Origin: Candidatus Hydrogenedentota bacterium
GTDB taxonomy: Bacteria > Hydrogenedentota > Hydrogenedentia > Hydrogenedentales > SLHB01
DNA: 42,978 nt
NCBI GenBank assembly: GCA_029974275.1
Contig: JARKSN010000330.1
Location: 1 to 42,978 of the forward strand
Reading direction: 5' to 3'
The notes under the pieces were generated by a model, which ran no database searches, had not been told where the DNA came from, and was given only the letters and a program-made list of their open reading frames with translations. This document shows, in pieces, positions 9,801 through 18,790 of the stretch. A program made the position numbers and the translations under genes. Numbering within the stretch: position 1 is the first letter of the stretch; each line of letters begins with the position of its first letter.

Positions 9801-10001
9801 CCCGCCGCCCCCGAATTTGACCCGTGGAGCGCCAACCAGCCGGTCGTCAGTTTCGAATCGCCCACAGCATCAACGCCGGACATTCCCCAGATCGGTCCGA
9901 GCGCGGAGTCCAACGCAACGAAAACATCCCCCCAGGACTCCTCTGCCCCATCCAGACCGCAACGGGAAAAAGCGGACAGGAAACGTAAAAACGCGCCTTG
10001 A
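6849..10001 (+). CDS. Secreted penicillin acylase family (peptidase S45, Ntn-hydrolase) homolog, probably catalytically inactive, with an extra C-terminal domain and Pro-rich tail
   Basis: Signal peptide MQPSGISILIAATIALGTSMAHG. Alpha-chain motifs IYRDAWGTPHIYA and FGYAQAED; beta-chain motifs xNAWAIAP, MLIINPH, VYADRDGNIFY, PFGASE and SPHYDDQ. Start chosen at ATG 6849; ATG 6783 is possible. Confidence 0.85.
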   Translation: MQPSGISILIAATIALGTSMAHGQQPFQDDPRALWRQAVIYRDAWGTPHIYADSPRAQAFAFGYAQAEDHLESMLRAYRVATGRAAEVWGETFAKSDAFMTQMGYALLAQTALAQADALTRDLCEGFALGVNAFIVDHPEMTPPWAEGVRPADVLALLHCYLMSFAPFDLPNAYRFPPAATTGNAWAIAPPKSRSGKAMLIINPHANYDGPFQWCEAHLVTQDVAIAGATLFGLPVILMGHNAVLGWALTPNQADFADVYLEAMPQFSGPPKAIASPGLAEQINLFLRAQLQPRPYYVRTQDGMQQRSVDCADTLRGPVIGEFRGMLSTYHIGGYRELGALYQLFHMARARNLDEFRAALALQQLPCFHVVYADRDGNIFYLYNAKTGTKLYAAPPPPNQNTLGAAPQLVTDWDAPVPSDDSRLDWGPIVPVNQLPQRVNPPSGYLQACGNPPWAATENSGIARESLPPWLAHDRDTYRAQRVRRLLGSAACGFDDMQTMLFDTLDGFAMTAVPFLLGAANNHPALLESAHPDTPGALDVLKNWDCVADTSSAGMTFFHVWWASLRKTAFAYPRETALIEAVEKNAPNLQPIAIKAASEAARVMRNEFDSMAVPWGKAHRIRRGDRIEPIAGANTGEPLFVASDHVFEDKAWRVTYGYGFAMAVEFADRPRAVSVVPFGASERNESPHYDDQLTLFLQRRLKPAYFDDDDVQRHAERAYGTAFSLRPAATEGRFHYRSTTGSPIEARLTTLLDPPASLQQDQAPFTLFVSAVRSPQDAPVALDIEMRVASTVCADENLDRLTLYAYAPKEGWQPVAGQRLDAARRTFLAHDTIPRTYAVLGPANCRVAKTPSEPVQDIISPQRQALSPATPHSPPTMPMTIAEPASSLDTETAAHPESSVGVILRPDPNANVFEAPGFRIELLTPRTAPSPRATIHPSETVAPQNTTTDAVESAPPPTSARQEPAPSPVLPPTREKEPAPRAEPPAAPEFDPWSANQPVVSFESPTASTPDIPQIGPSAESNATKTSPQDSSAPSRPQREKADRKRKNAP

Positions 10002-10026
10002 CATGCCCCCGAGACGAAGGTAGTCT
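9998..10026 (+). promoter_or_regulatory. Sigma70-type promoter candidate for the nitroreductase gene
   Basis: TTGACA (9998-10003), 17-nt spacer, TAGTCT (10021-10026). Confidence 0.5.
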
Positions 10027-10085
10027 ATGACGTTGACACATGATTTTCTGGGACGATTCGACGCAATATCCGGAGGACCGACAAC

Positions 10086-10577
10086 ATGGACGCCATCGAG
10101 GCTTTGCGGTCGCGGCGGAGCGTGCGGGCTTTCACTGCCACGCCAGTCGACCGGACGACCTTACAGATTATTGTGGATTGCGCCCGCCTCGCCCCCACGG
10201 CCATCAACATCCAGCCGTGGGAATTCGTTGTCGTGACCGACGCCGCCGTGCGCAAACACATCGCCGCGACCGTTGATCACGGCCCTTTCATCGCCGACGC
10301 GCCCGCTTGCATCGTGGTGCTTTGCAAGGACACGAAATACTATCTTGAAGATGGCTGCGCCGCGACCGTCAATATCTTGAACGCAGCCCATGCCCTCGGA
10401 TTGGGCGGGTGCTGGGTCGCCGGCGACAAAAAAACGTATGTGGACGCGATCCGGGAGATCGTCGGCGCGCCCGCCGACTATAACATAGTGAGTTTGATCG
10501 CCATCGGCCATCCCGCGGCGACGCCGAATCCTGACAAACGGCCCTTGGAACTGGTCTTGCACTGGGATCGTTTCTAG
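10086..10577 (+). CDS. Nitroreductase family flavoprotein
   Basis: Motifs RSRRSVRAF, APTAINIQPWEFVVV and AAHALGLGGCWV; GGAGG SD. Confidence 0.92.
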   Translation: MDAIEALRSRRSVRAFTATPVDRTTLQIIVDCARLAPTAINIQPWEFVVVTDAAVRKHIAATVDHGPFIADAPACIVVLCKDTKYYLEDGCAATVNILNAAHALGLGGCWVAGDKKTYVDAIREIVGAPADYNIVSLIAIGHPAATPNPDKRPLELVLHWDRF

Positions 10578-10641
10578 CCGGGTTGTTGCTGGCGCAGACA
10601 AGCAACGCGAGGATGGCGACAAAGACAGGGGGGCTTTCCCG

Positions 10642-11535
10642 ATGAACTTGAATGCAGGCCGCACCATTGACGTCACGTTGCGAACCATTCCCTACATGGC
10701 GCGACGTGCGCTGTTTTTCGGTTTTCTGCTTGCCGCAGCCCTTGTTCATATCATTGTGCTGGCCGTGATCGCGCGGACGTTCGGATACGCCGCCTTCTGG
10801 GCGCTGTTCATCTCCAGCCTGTTCTTTGCCGCGTGGATTATCGTCAAAACGCCGCTGTTTTCCTACGGCCCCCTTCACGCGCTGCACGTAGGCCACCTTT
10901 CCCTGATCGCGGGTTTTATCGTCGACGACGAAGGGCCCGCCGGCGTCTCGCAGGTCCCCTGGGCGGACAGTCGATTGCGCGAACGCTTCCAGGACGCTCT
11001 GGAAATGGCCGAGGTGGACGCTTTCCTGGAAAAGGCGATCGCCTGCTTCCACGAAAAACGCTTTGCAAGCCCCGCCCTGTTGGCCCGCCCCGCGCAAAGA
11101 CTCGTCCACGACGCCATCATGGCGCATGTCCTACAAAACGAGGGCGAAAGCGCCTGGGAGGCCGCGCGCAAAGGCGTAGCGCTCTATGCCAAATCGTCGC
11201 GTCTGTTCGTCATGCCCGCCCTGATAATCGCAGCCGTGAATCTGGGAGCCACCGCGCTGGCGCCGCTCGTATTCATGGTGCCCTTGGGGCTTGTCGCCTT
11301 GATGGTTCCAATCGAATGGCTGTTTTTCCGTTTTGTGCTGTGTTACGTGGCCGTGTTGCTGGGGTTGGCGGCAAAAGTTATTTTGTTCGATCCGCTTGCC
11401 GCCGCCGCCATGTTCCTCCTGTTCCATCAAGAAATCGACGGACAAGACGTCGACTCTGAAACGGCGGCCTGGCTCGAATACGAAAATCCCGCATACCGTG
11501 AAATGGCGACGCGGGCCAAAGGCTCGTCGGCCTGA
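10642..11535 (+). CDS. Hypothetical integral membrane protein
   Basis: 297 aa with two hydrophobic clusters of several predicted TM helices; co-oriented with its neighbours and preceded by a purine-rich stretch. Confidence 0.7.
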   Translation: MNLNAGRTIDVTLRTIPYMARRALFFGFLLAAALVHIIVLAVIARTFGYAAFWALFISSLFFAAWIIVKTPLFSYGPLHALHVGHLSLIAGFIVDDEGPAGVSQVPWADSRLRERFQDALEMAEVDAFLEKAIACFHEKRFASPALLARPAQRLVHDAIMAHVLQNEGESAWEAARKGVALYAKSSRLFVMPALIIAAVNLGATALAPLVFMVPLGLVALMVPIEWLFFRFVLCYVAVLLGLAAKVILFDPLAAAAMFLLFHQEIDGQDVDSETAAWLEYENPAYREMATRAKGSSA

Positions 11536-11626
11536 CGAAGCGAATATGTCCGTTTTCCGCTATCGCGCCGCGACGGCGGCAACCTGTGACCGAGGATACT
11601 GAAGCAAAAACCAGAAGGAGAATGCC

Positions 11627-12127
11627 ATGTCCACAACCGATCATCTCAACGACGCTTTCGCGGGAGAGAGCCAGGCCAACCGCAAATATCTGGCGTTTGC
11701 CAAAAAAGCGGCGGCCGAGGGTTTTTTTCAGGTCGCCAAGCTGTTTCGCGCCGCGGCGGAAGCGGAAACCATCCACGCCCACGCGCATCTGCGCGTGCTG
11801 GACGGCGTGAAGGACACGGCCCAGAATCTCGAGGCCGCCATTGAAGGAGAAGGGGAAGAATTCAAGAAAATGTACCCCGAATTCTTGGCCGTCGCGGAAC
11901 AGGAAGGCAACAAACGCGCCGCGATCAGCTTCAAAAATGCCTTGGCCGTCGAGGAAATTCATTACCATCTCTATTCCGAAGCCCTCGCCGCCGTCAAGGA
12001 AGGCAAAGACCTTGCTCCCGCCTCCATTCACGTCTGCGACGTCTGCGGCAATACGGTCTTCGGCGATGCGCCGGATCGCTGTTCGGTATGCGGCGCCGCC
12101 AAGGAGCGCTTTGTCGAAGTGAAATGA
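11627..12127 (+). CDS. rbr: Rubrerythrin
   Basis: AFAGESQANRKY, diiron ligand motifs EAETIHA and VEEIHY, and a C-terminal CDVCG...CSVCG rubredoxin-like site; AAGGAG SD. Confidence 0.93.
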   Translation: MSTTDHLNDAFAGESQANRKYLAFAKKAAAEGFFQVAKLFRAAAEAETIHAHAHLRVLDGVKDTAQNLEAAIEGEGEEFKKMYPEFLAVAEQEGNKRAAISFKNALAVEEIHYHLYSEALAAVKEGKDLAPASIHVCDVCGNTVFGDAPDRCSVCGAAKERFVEVK

Positions 12128-12172
12128 CCGGGAAGCGAACCAACGCGCCCGCGCACGAAGGAGAGCATCGTC

Positions 12173-13675
12173 ATGCCGCAGGAACCGATCGCCACGTGGG
12201 TCTGCATGCTATGCGGCTACGCGCATTACGGGCCCGAGCCGCCCGATCCATGCCCTGTGTGCGGCGCTTCGCGGGAAGCGTTTGAGCGTCAGGACGTCAA
12301 GCCCGCGCCCGCGCCTTCCACGCCGGCGGCATGGCGATGCGTCATCTGCGGATACGTCCACGCGGGCGTGGCGCCGCCGACGGAATGCCCGGTATGCGGC
12401 GCGGCGGCAGATGAATTTGAGCCGCACGAAACGCCCACAACGACCCAGGCCACGTCGTTATCCCATCCCCTGCGTCTCGTCATCGTGGGCGCGGGCATCG
12501 CGGGGCTTTCAGCAGCCGAGGCGGCGCGCGACACATCGCCGGACGCGGAAATTGTCCTCATCGGCGATGAAACCGCTCCTCCCTACTACCGACTGAACCT
12601 CTCGCGCTACCTCGCAGACGAGATCGATCCGGCCGTGTTGCCGATGCGCCCGCCCGCCTGGTATGCCGAAAAGCGCATTCGCATTGTCTCGGGACGAAAA
12701 GTGCGCGCCATCGATCTGGAGGCGCAGGCCGTGGCGCTGGCCGACGGCAATCGCGAACCCTATGACCGTCTGGTGCTGGCATGCGGCGCGCACCCCTTCA
12801 TTCCGCCGATCCCCGGCGCCACCTTGGAAGGCGCGACCGCCTTTCGCACCATCGAGGATGCGGAACGGCTATTGCGGCATGCAACGCCCGGCGCGCCCAT
12901 CGTATGCGTGGGAGGGGGCATCCTGGGCCTTGAAACGGCAGGCGGCCTGGCCAAACGCGGGGCCGATGTGACCGTCCTCGAAGGTTTTGACTGGCTGCTT
13001 CCGCGCCAACTCGATCCCGACTCCGCCGCCATGCTCGAACGGCACGCGGCAGGACTCGGCATCAAGGTGCGGTTCCGGGCCAAGCCAGCCGCGATTGACG
13101 GCGATCGCCGCGTCCGTTGCGTGCGGTTGGAGGACGGCGCCGAAATTCCCGCCGCCCTGGCAGTCATCGCCACGGGCGTGCGCGCCAATACGCACCTGGC
13201 ACGGTCCGCGAAGCTCGCCGTGAACCAAGGCATCGTCGTCGACGATGGCATGACAGCCTCCGCCCCCGGCATCTATGCGGCAGGCGACGTGGCCGAGCAC
13301 CAAGGGACGTTGTATGGACTGTGGGAACCCGCCCGGCTTCAGGGCGTCGTGGCGGGAATCAACGCGGCGGGCGGACAAGCGACGTTCGCCTCGGTTCCGC
13401 GCGCGAACACGCTGAAAGTGTTGGGACTCGACCTGTTCAGCGTCGGCGTGGCGATGCCGGAGGACGGCAGCTACGACGTGGTCTGCGGACGCGGAGAAGG
13501 AACCAGCGCCCGGTACGTGTTTCGCGAAGGGCGCCTCGCGGGCGCGGTGCTTGTCGGCGATACGACGCTTGCGGCCAAGGCCGCAGCCGCCGTGCGCGAC
13601 CGGCGCGAGGCTGCGGCGCTGCTGCTGCGGCAGCCGACTGCGGACGCTATCGGACGCTGGCTGCGCGGCGAATGA
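12173..13675 (+). CDS. NAD(P)H-dependent FAD oxidoreductase (NADH:rubredoxin oxidoreductase-like) with two N-terminal rubredoxin-like domains
   Basis: WVCMLCGY...CPVCGA and WRCVICGY...CPVCGA, then GAGIAG (FAD), VGGGILGLE (NAD) and IYAAGDVAE; AAGGAG SD. Confidence 0.9.
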   Translation: MPQEPIATWVCMLCGYAHYGPEPPDPCPVCGASREAFERQDVKPAPAPSTPAAWRCVICGYVHAGVAPPTECPVCGAAADEFEPHETPTTTQATSLSHPLRLVIVGAGIAGLSAAEAARDTSPDAEIVLIGDETAPPYYRLNLSRYLADEIDPAVLPMRPPAWYAEKRIRIVSGRKVRAIDLEAQAVALADGNREPYDRLVLACGAHPFIPPIPGATLEGATAFRTIEDAERLLRHATPGAPIVCVGGGILGLETAGGLAKRGADVTVLEGFDWLLPRQLDPDSAAMLERHAAGLGIKVRFRAKPAAIDGDRRVRCVRLEDGAEIPAALAVIATGVRANTHLARSAKLAVNQGIVVDDGMTASAPGIYAAGDVAEHQGTLYGLWEPARLQGVVAGINAAGGQATFASVPRANTLKVLGLDLFSVGVAMPEDGSYDVVCGRGEGTSARYVFREGRLAGAVLVGDTTLAAKAAAAVRDRREAAALLLRQPTADAIGRWLRGE

Positions 13676-13684
13676 CCGAGCCGC

Positions 13685-14605
13685 TCAGTACTTTTTGGCG
13701 CGCCAGAACAGCGTGACGCCCAACGCCGACATGCCGGCTATGCCCAGAATAAAGTAGTGCGCGAGGGGATCGTCGCCCCATCCCCAGGGCATCGGCACGT
13801 TCATCGAGAATGCGCTCACCACAAACGTCGGCACCATGATCGTGATGGTGATGATCGTCAGGTTCTTCATCAATACGTTGAGATTGTTGCTCACAATCGA
13901 CACGCGCGCATCCATCACGCTTGAAACGACATTTGAATAGATTTCCGCCAACTTGTAGCATTGGGCGTTCTCCACGCCGATATCGTCGAGATATTCCAAC
14001 TCTTCCTGCTGAAAACCGATCTTCGCGCTGTTCCCTTTGAGTTTTTCCACCAAAACCCCGTTCGTGCTGAGCGCATTCAAATAGTAGACCAGGCTTTTCT
14101 CGAGCGTGAACAGGCTCAGAAGAAACTTGTTTTCCATCGAAGTGCTGATCTTCTGTTCCAACTCGTCCGAAACCATGTTCATCACGCGAAGGTGATCGAT
14201 GAAATGCGTTATCGAACGGTAAATGAGCCGGAGCGCAAGTTCCCGGGGCGTTTGCGTGCGAATGATGGGTCTGCCGTCGTTCAAGGGATCGTATTCGGAC
14301 ACCACGATGATCACGAAATCCTTGAAGAGGAAAATGCCCATCGACATTACCCGGAAAAGAAAACGGTCCTCGTGGGAATAATTCTTCGGCCGCTTGAGAA
14401 TCATGGCCACATGCTCCGGCTCGAATTCGAGTCGTGAAAGCTCGTCCGGGTCGAGAGCGCTGTTCAGCGTGTGCTCGTCGAGCTTGTATTCTTCGACCAG
14501 ATACCGTCTTTCCGCCTCGTCTGGACTGGTGAAAACGAGGATCGGAGCGTTGGGAGCGTCGGTTGCGACAACCCCCCCTTGTGCGAACGCGTAGCGCTTA
14601 AGCAT
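13685..14605 (-). CDS. corA: CorA-family divalent metal transporter
   Basis: Motifs ALDPDELSRLE, LEKSLVYY and SIVSNNLNVLMKNLTIITI, plus two C-terminal TM helices. The signature reads FSMNV instead of YGMN. Confidence 0.88.
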   Translation of the reverse strand: MLKRYAFAQGGVVATDAPNAPILVFTSPDEAERRYLVEEYKLDEHTLNSALDPDELSRLEFEPEHVAMILKRPKNYSHEDRFLFRVMSMGIFLFKDFVIIVVSEYDPLNDGRPIIRTQTPRELALRLIYRSITHFIDHLRVMNMVSDELEQKISTSMENKFLLSLFTLEKSLVYYLNALSTNGVLVEKLKGNSAKIGFQQEELEYLDDIGVENAQCYKLAEIYSNVVSSVMDARVSIVSNNLNVLMKNLTIITITIMVPTFVVSAFSMNVPMPWGWGDDPLAHYFILGIAGMSALGVTLFWRAKKY

Positions 14606-14662
14606 AAGCCACTGTTCTCCATAGGACTCGAACCTCCTGTCGTTCCAGACGCTGCTGCGACG

Positions 14663-15991
14663 TCAAATATCGATCGACTTGAACTGCGGCAGGTGCGGCT
14701 TGTTTTTCCGCAACATTTCCTGAGTCATCTTCTTGATTTCAGCAAGCGACAACACCGCCGCGCACAACGGATCATACGCCACCGCGTGAAACACCATGCG
14801 CGGATCCCCGGTCAACGCCGCCTCGACGGCCATTTCCTCGACGGCCACGCTGATGTTGTTCAGCGCGGCAAGTTGTGGCGGCAATGCGCCCACGTGAATC
14901 GGGTTCAGGCCGCGCTTGTTCGCCAGCACCGGCACTTCCACGCAGCAATTGTCCGGCAAATTCGTGATCAGCTTCGTGTTCGCCACGTTGCCGTGGAACA
15001 AGTACGGATCGCCGCCCATGTAAGCGTTGATAATGGACGCCGCGTACTCGTGCCCGCGCGCCAAGTCAAACGGCGCGCCCTCCTTGAACCACTGGGCAAT
15101 GTCTTTCTTCCAAGACTTTTCCACCTTCAGGTACTCTTGAAGAATATAGCCATAGTGTCCGGGATTCCAGTTGGTTCCCTTCGTGCAATACTTCTTGATG
15201 AGGTCGGGGCGCTTGCGGAACCACCAGTTGTATTCGGAGTTGTGGCCGCTCGATTCGGTCACGTAGTAATCGAGGTGCAGGAACATCTCATTGCGGACCT
15301 GCTCCGCATTGTAAATCTTCGGATCCTTCTCGATGGCCTTGCGAATAAGCGGATACGCATCCTTGCCGTCTTTCTTGAACTCGACGTACCACGCCTGATG
15401 GTTGATGCCCGCGCACACATACGTGATGCGGTCCATCGGCGTCTTGATCCATGCCGCGAGCATCCCCGCCGTGCCCTGCACGCTGTGGCACAGGCCGCTC
15501 ACTTGGACATGCGACGCGCGCTGCATCGCGCGGCACAGCATCGCCATCGGGTTCGTGTAGTTCAGCAACAGCGCGTTCGGGCAATAGCGCTCGATGTCCT
15601 TGCAGATGTCGACCATCACCGGGATGGTGCGCAACGCACGAAAGATGCCGCTGACGCTGCGCGTATCGCCGATGTTTGTGTCAATACCGTACTTCTTCGG
15701 AATCTCGATATCGTGCCGCCACACCTGCACGCCGCCCGCCAGGATGGTGCACAACACCGCATCCGCGCCCTTGAGCGCTTGCTTACGATCCAGCGTCGCT
15801 TCGACCTTGGCCGGATAGCCGCCGCGATCGACGATCGTCATCACCGCGCGGCGGGCAAAGTCCAAACGCTCCTCGTCCACATCCATCAGGACAATGGTGG
15901 AGTTCTCGAGAAGCGGAAACGTCAGCAAATCGCGCACCAAGCCGCGCGTAAAGCCAAGACTTCCCGCTCCGATAAACGCAATCCGTGGCAT
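14663..15991 (-). CDS. melA: GH4 alpha-galactosidase / alpha-glucosidase (NAD+/Mn2+-dependent)
   Basis: IAFIGAGS Rossmann start, then [42 protein letters not shown] and [10 protein letters not shown]. Confidence 0.88.
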   Translation of the reverse strand: MPRIAFIGAGSLGFTRGLVRDLLTFPLLENSTIVLMDVDEERLDFARRAVMTIVDRGGYPAKVEATLDRKQALKGADAVLCTILAGGVQVWRHDIEIPKKYGIDTNIGDTRSVSGIFRALRTIPVMVDICKDIERYCPNALLLNYTNPMAMLCRAMQRASHVQVSGLCHSVQGTAGMLAAWIKTPMDRITYVCAGINHQAWYVEFKKDGKDAYPLIRKAIEKDPKIYNAEQVRNEMFLHLDYYVTESSGHNSEYNWWFRKRPDLIKKYCTKGTNWNPGHYGYILQEYLKVEKSWKKDIAQWFKEGAPFDLARGHEYAASIINAYMGGDPYLFHGNVANTKLITNLPDNCCVEVPVLANKRGLNPIHVGALPPQLAALNNISVAVEEMAVEAALTGDPRMVFHAVAYDPLCAAVLSLAEIKKMTQEMLRKNKPHLPQFKSIDI

Positions 15992-16219
15992 TTTCTACAC
16001 TCCTTGACGTGGCGTCGCAACCGGCGCGCTTTCCTTCGCATGGAAACCAAACATTGACGCCTCTCCCGCATCGATCGAGACGCCAGCGCAAACCCGCGCA
16101 TTATCGTGCTTCACCATCCTGGATTCAATGATTCAATGGTCACACGTCGCAGGCGCCCGAAACCCGAACCAGATAGGCGTCATGCCCCTCTTCCTCGGAC
16201 TCGAATTGGCAAGGCGAGG

Positions 16220-16253
16220 AAAACGGCGGCCCCGTGAACAAACAGGGCCGCCG
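16220..16253 (-). terminator. Intrinsic terminator after rplL
   Basis: Minus strand CGGCGGCCC-tgtttgttcacg-GGGCCGCCG followed by TTTT, about 24 nt after the rplL stop. Confidence 0.75.
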
Positions 16254-16276
16254 CGCAATGGATTCGGGAATGGAGA

Positions 16277-16666
16277 TTACTTGCCCTTCAGTTCGATGCT
16301 GGCGCCAACGGCTTCGAGCTTCTCTTTGAGGCCTTTGGCTTCTTCTTCGCTCAGGCCTTCCTTGACGGGCTTCGGAGCGCCGTCCACAAGGTCCTTGGCT
16401 TCTTTCAGGCCCAGGCCGGTCAATTCGCGCACGACCTTGATGACCTGGATTTTCTGGGCACCGGCGCTGGCCAGGATCACGTCATAGGACGACGGACCTT
16501 CGTCGACTTCCGCAGCTGCGGCGCCGGCCATCGGCATGGCGCCCATCATCATCGGGGCGGCGGCCGTCACGCCAAACTTGTCTTCGAGGGCCTTCACGAG
16601 CTCGCTCAGCTCAAGAACGGACAACCCCGCGATCTGTTCGATAATTCCATCAAGCTTCTCGGACAT
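16277..16666 (-). CDS. rplL: 50S ribosomal protein L7/L12 (bL12)
   Basis: [24 protein letters not shown] and [27 protein letters not shown]. Confidence 0.99.
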   Translation of the reverse strand: MSEKLDGIIEQIAGLSVLELSELVKALEDKFGVTAAAPMMMGAMPMAGAAAAEVDEGPSSYDVILASAGAQKIQVIKVVRELTGLGLKEAKDLVDGAPKPVKEGLSEEEAKGLKEKLEAVGASIELKGK

Positions 16667-16710
16667 GACTTTCTATTCCTCCCTACTGGTAGGCTGTGGG
16701 AACGGGCGCT

Positions 16711-17241
16711 TCACGCGGCCGCTCCACTTTCTTCCTTCTGTTTTCGAATCTGATCCAATACGTTGACGAGGTTGCGCGGCAAGGCATTGAGAACGCCCAC
16801 GAAGCTGCTCAGCGGCGCCGCAATCGCGCCCACAACCTGCGCCAGCAACACCTCGCGGCTTGGCAGGTCGGCCAGCGCATTCAACTGAACCCTGCTGATC
16901 ACCCGGCCTTCGAGGATGCCGCCCAGCATCTCCACCTTCGGCACTTCCTTGTTGAAATCCTTCAACACCTTCGACGGCGCCACGGGGTCCGCTGAAAAGG
17001 CCCACCCGGTCGGACCTTCCATGAACGATTTCGCTTCGCCGTGTCCCAACTCGTCCAGCACGCGAGAGGCCAGCGTGTTCTTGTACACCTTGTACTGCAC
17101 GCCCTGTCCCCGCAACTTGCTGCGCAACTGCGTGGACTGCTCCGCGTTGATGCCGACATACTTCGTCATCACGCAGATCTGGCTGTTCTGAATCCGCTCC
17201 TTCAATTCCGCCACGGCTTCAAGTTTTTCCGGCTTCGGCAA
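16711..17241 (-). CDS. rplJ: 50S ribosomal protein L10 (uL10)
   Basis: Motifs YKVYKNTLA, MEGPTG and LADLPSREVLLAQV; TTG start behind a GGAGGTG SD; directly upstream of rplL. Confidence 0.97.
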   Translation of the reverse strand: MPKPEKLEAVAELKERIQNSQICVMTKYVGINAEQSTQLRSKLRGQGVQYKVYKNTLASRVLDELGHGEAKSFMEGPTGWAFSADPVAPSKVLKDFNKEVPKVEMLGGILEGRVISRVQLNALADLPSREVLLAQVVGAIAAPLSSFVGVLNALPRNLVNVLDQIRKQKEESGAAA

Positions 17242-17340
17242 TGGTACTCACCTCCTCTCAAACGCCCGCCAAAGCAAAAACAAACCCGCACGGTCCGGCT
17301 AAAGACAGTGCGGGACAAGATTCGCTTTGTATCTGTCCGC

Positions 17341-17410
17341 GGCCTCGGCAGGCTTGCATTAAGGCCATCCGGCATCCACGACGCCATCCGGCCACCGGCT
17401 GTCTTCGACC
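17341..17410 (-). ncRNA. Ribosomal protein L10 leader (autoregulatory cis-element), conserved core
   Basis: Minus strand GGTCGAAGACAGCCGG...CCTTAA...CCTGCCGAGGCC in the rplJ 5' UTR matches the AAGAC..GG / UAA / CC..CGAGG pattern of the L10 leader. Confidence 0.85.
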
Positions 17411-17446
17411 AGCGATAGCTTCCCGGAATCCCGGAAAACTGCAGGG

Positions 17447-17475
17447 ACCATAGCATATTGCGGCGATCAATGCAA
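17447..17475 (-). promoter_or_regulatory. Sigma70-type promoter of rplJ-rplL
   Basis: TTGCAT, 17-nt spacer, TATGGT with an extended -10 TG, located just upstream of the L10 leader. Confidence 0.65.
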
Positions 17476-17536
17476 GAGAAAGGCGCGAACGCGAACAGCA
17501 AGCAAGGTCATCGCATTGGATACACGTGAAAATGCG

Positions 17537-18790
17537 TTACAGCGGCGGCGCCGGAGGCGTGTCCGGCATGATCTCGACGCGAATCCGGTTGACGCAATTC
17601 GGACCGCCCTCAAGCAGCGTGACGCGAAACCGCTCCAAGGTCATCACCTCGCCTTGCAACGGAATGCGTCCTGCGGCATGCATGACCCAGCCTCCCACGG
17701 TCTCGACTTCGTCGTCCTCGATCGCAATGCCCATGGCCTCGGCGGCTTCCTCGAGGGCCATGCGCGCATCGACGACATACGCATTGGGGCCGACCTGACG
17801 AATCGGACTCTCTTCGCGGTCGTGTTCGTCTTGGATGTCGCCAAAGATCTCTTCAAGGATGTCCTCGATGGTGACCAAGCCGTCGGTGCCGCCGTATTCG
17901 TCGGTGACGATGGCCATATGCTGCTTGGCGGCGCGCAACTGGCGCAGCAACTCGTCGAGCTTCAGCGTATCCGGAACGTGCAGCGCCTCGCAAACAAAGC
18001 GCCCGATGTCAGGGTTGTCCGGATCGGCGTCGAGCAGCACGTCGTAGGCGTTGACGACGCCGACGATCGTATCGATCGTGTCTTTGTAGATAGGGATGCG
18101 CGTGCGGCCTGTCTCGATGAAACGCGCGAGGAGCTCCAAGCGCGTGGCGGTGTCGGGCAAAGCCTCCATGTCGATGCGCGGGACCATGATCTCATACGCC
18201 TGCGTTGTTTGCAGGTCGATCACGGAATGGATCATGCGCTGCTCTTCGCGCTCGATGGTGCCGTGTTCGGCGCTTTCGTCAACAAGAATGCGCACGTCAT
18301 CGAGCGAGGTCATCAAGGGATTGATGTGCGACTGACCGGTCTCGCGAGTTCGCATAAGCGTGCGGGTCAACAGCGCTATGGGAACCGCCACCGGGGCGAG
18401 CAAGACGTAGAAAACGCGGATGACCGGCAGCAATGTAAGGGAAAGGCGATTGGGATGCACGCGAAAAATGCTCTTGGGAACGATCTCGGAAAAGATGAGA
18501 TACGTGGGCACGGCGATCAATGTGGCGATCGCCGGCGAATCGAACGCCTTGGACAACGCGGTCGTGCCAACAATCAAGAGAATGCTATTGGCGATAAGCA
18601 GCATGGTCAGCATCGTATCGGGTCGATGAATGTGGCGCAAAAGGCGCGCAGCCCGAGGCAGATCTTGCTCTTCCGCAAGGTAACGGATGCGGATGGGGTT
18701 CGTCGATATGAAGCCTGTCTCGTAGCCTGAAAACAAGGCCTGCAACAGCACGGTCAGGAAAAACAAGGCAAACGCTATCGCGAGGCTCAT
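17537..18790 (-). CDS. CNNM/CorB (TlyC 'hemolysin') family protein: DUF21 + CBS pair + CorC-HlyC
   Basis: Motifs [64 protein letters not shown] and ETVGGWV. Start at 18790 overlaps the upstream stop (ATGA). Confidence 0.92.
   Translation of the reverse strand: MSLAIAFALFFLTVLLQALFSGYETGFISTNPIRIRYLAEEQDLPRAARLLRHIHRPDTMLTMLLIANSILLIVGTTALSKAFDSPAIATLIAVPTYLIFSEIVPKSIFRVHPNRLSLTLLPVIRVFYVLLAPVAVPIALLTRTLMRTRETGQSHINPLMTSLDDVRILVDESAEHGTIEREEQRMIHSVIDLQTTQAYEIMVPRIDMEALPDTATRLELLARFIETGRTRIPIYKDTIDTIVGVVNAYDVLLDADPDNPDIGRFVCEALHVPDTLKLDELLRQLRAAKQHMAIVTDEYGGTDGLVTIEDILEEIFGDIQDEHDREESPIRQVGPNAYVVDARMALEEAAEAMGIAIEDDEVETVGGWVMHAAGRIPLQGEVMTLERFRVTLLEGGPNCVNRIRVEIMPDTPPAPPL

Noticed and set aside
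15992..16219. tRNA or sRNA in the melA-rplL gap and other intergenic gaps
   Set aside because: I could not recognise a cloverleaf, T-loop consensus in a proper context, or any known RNA family motif.
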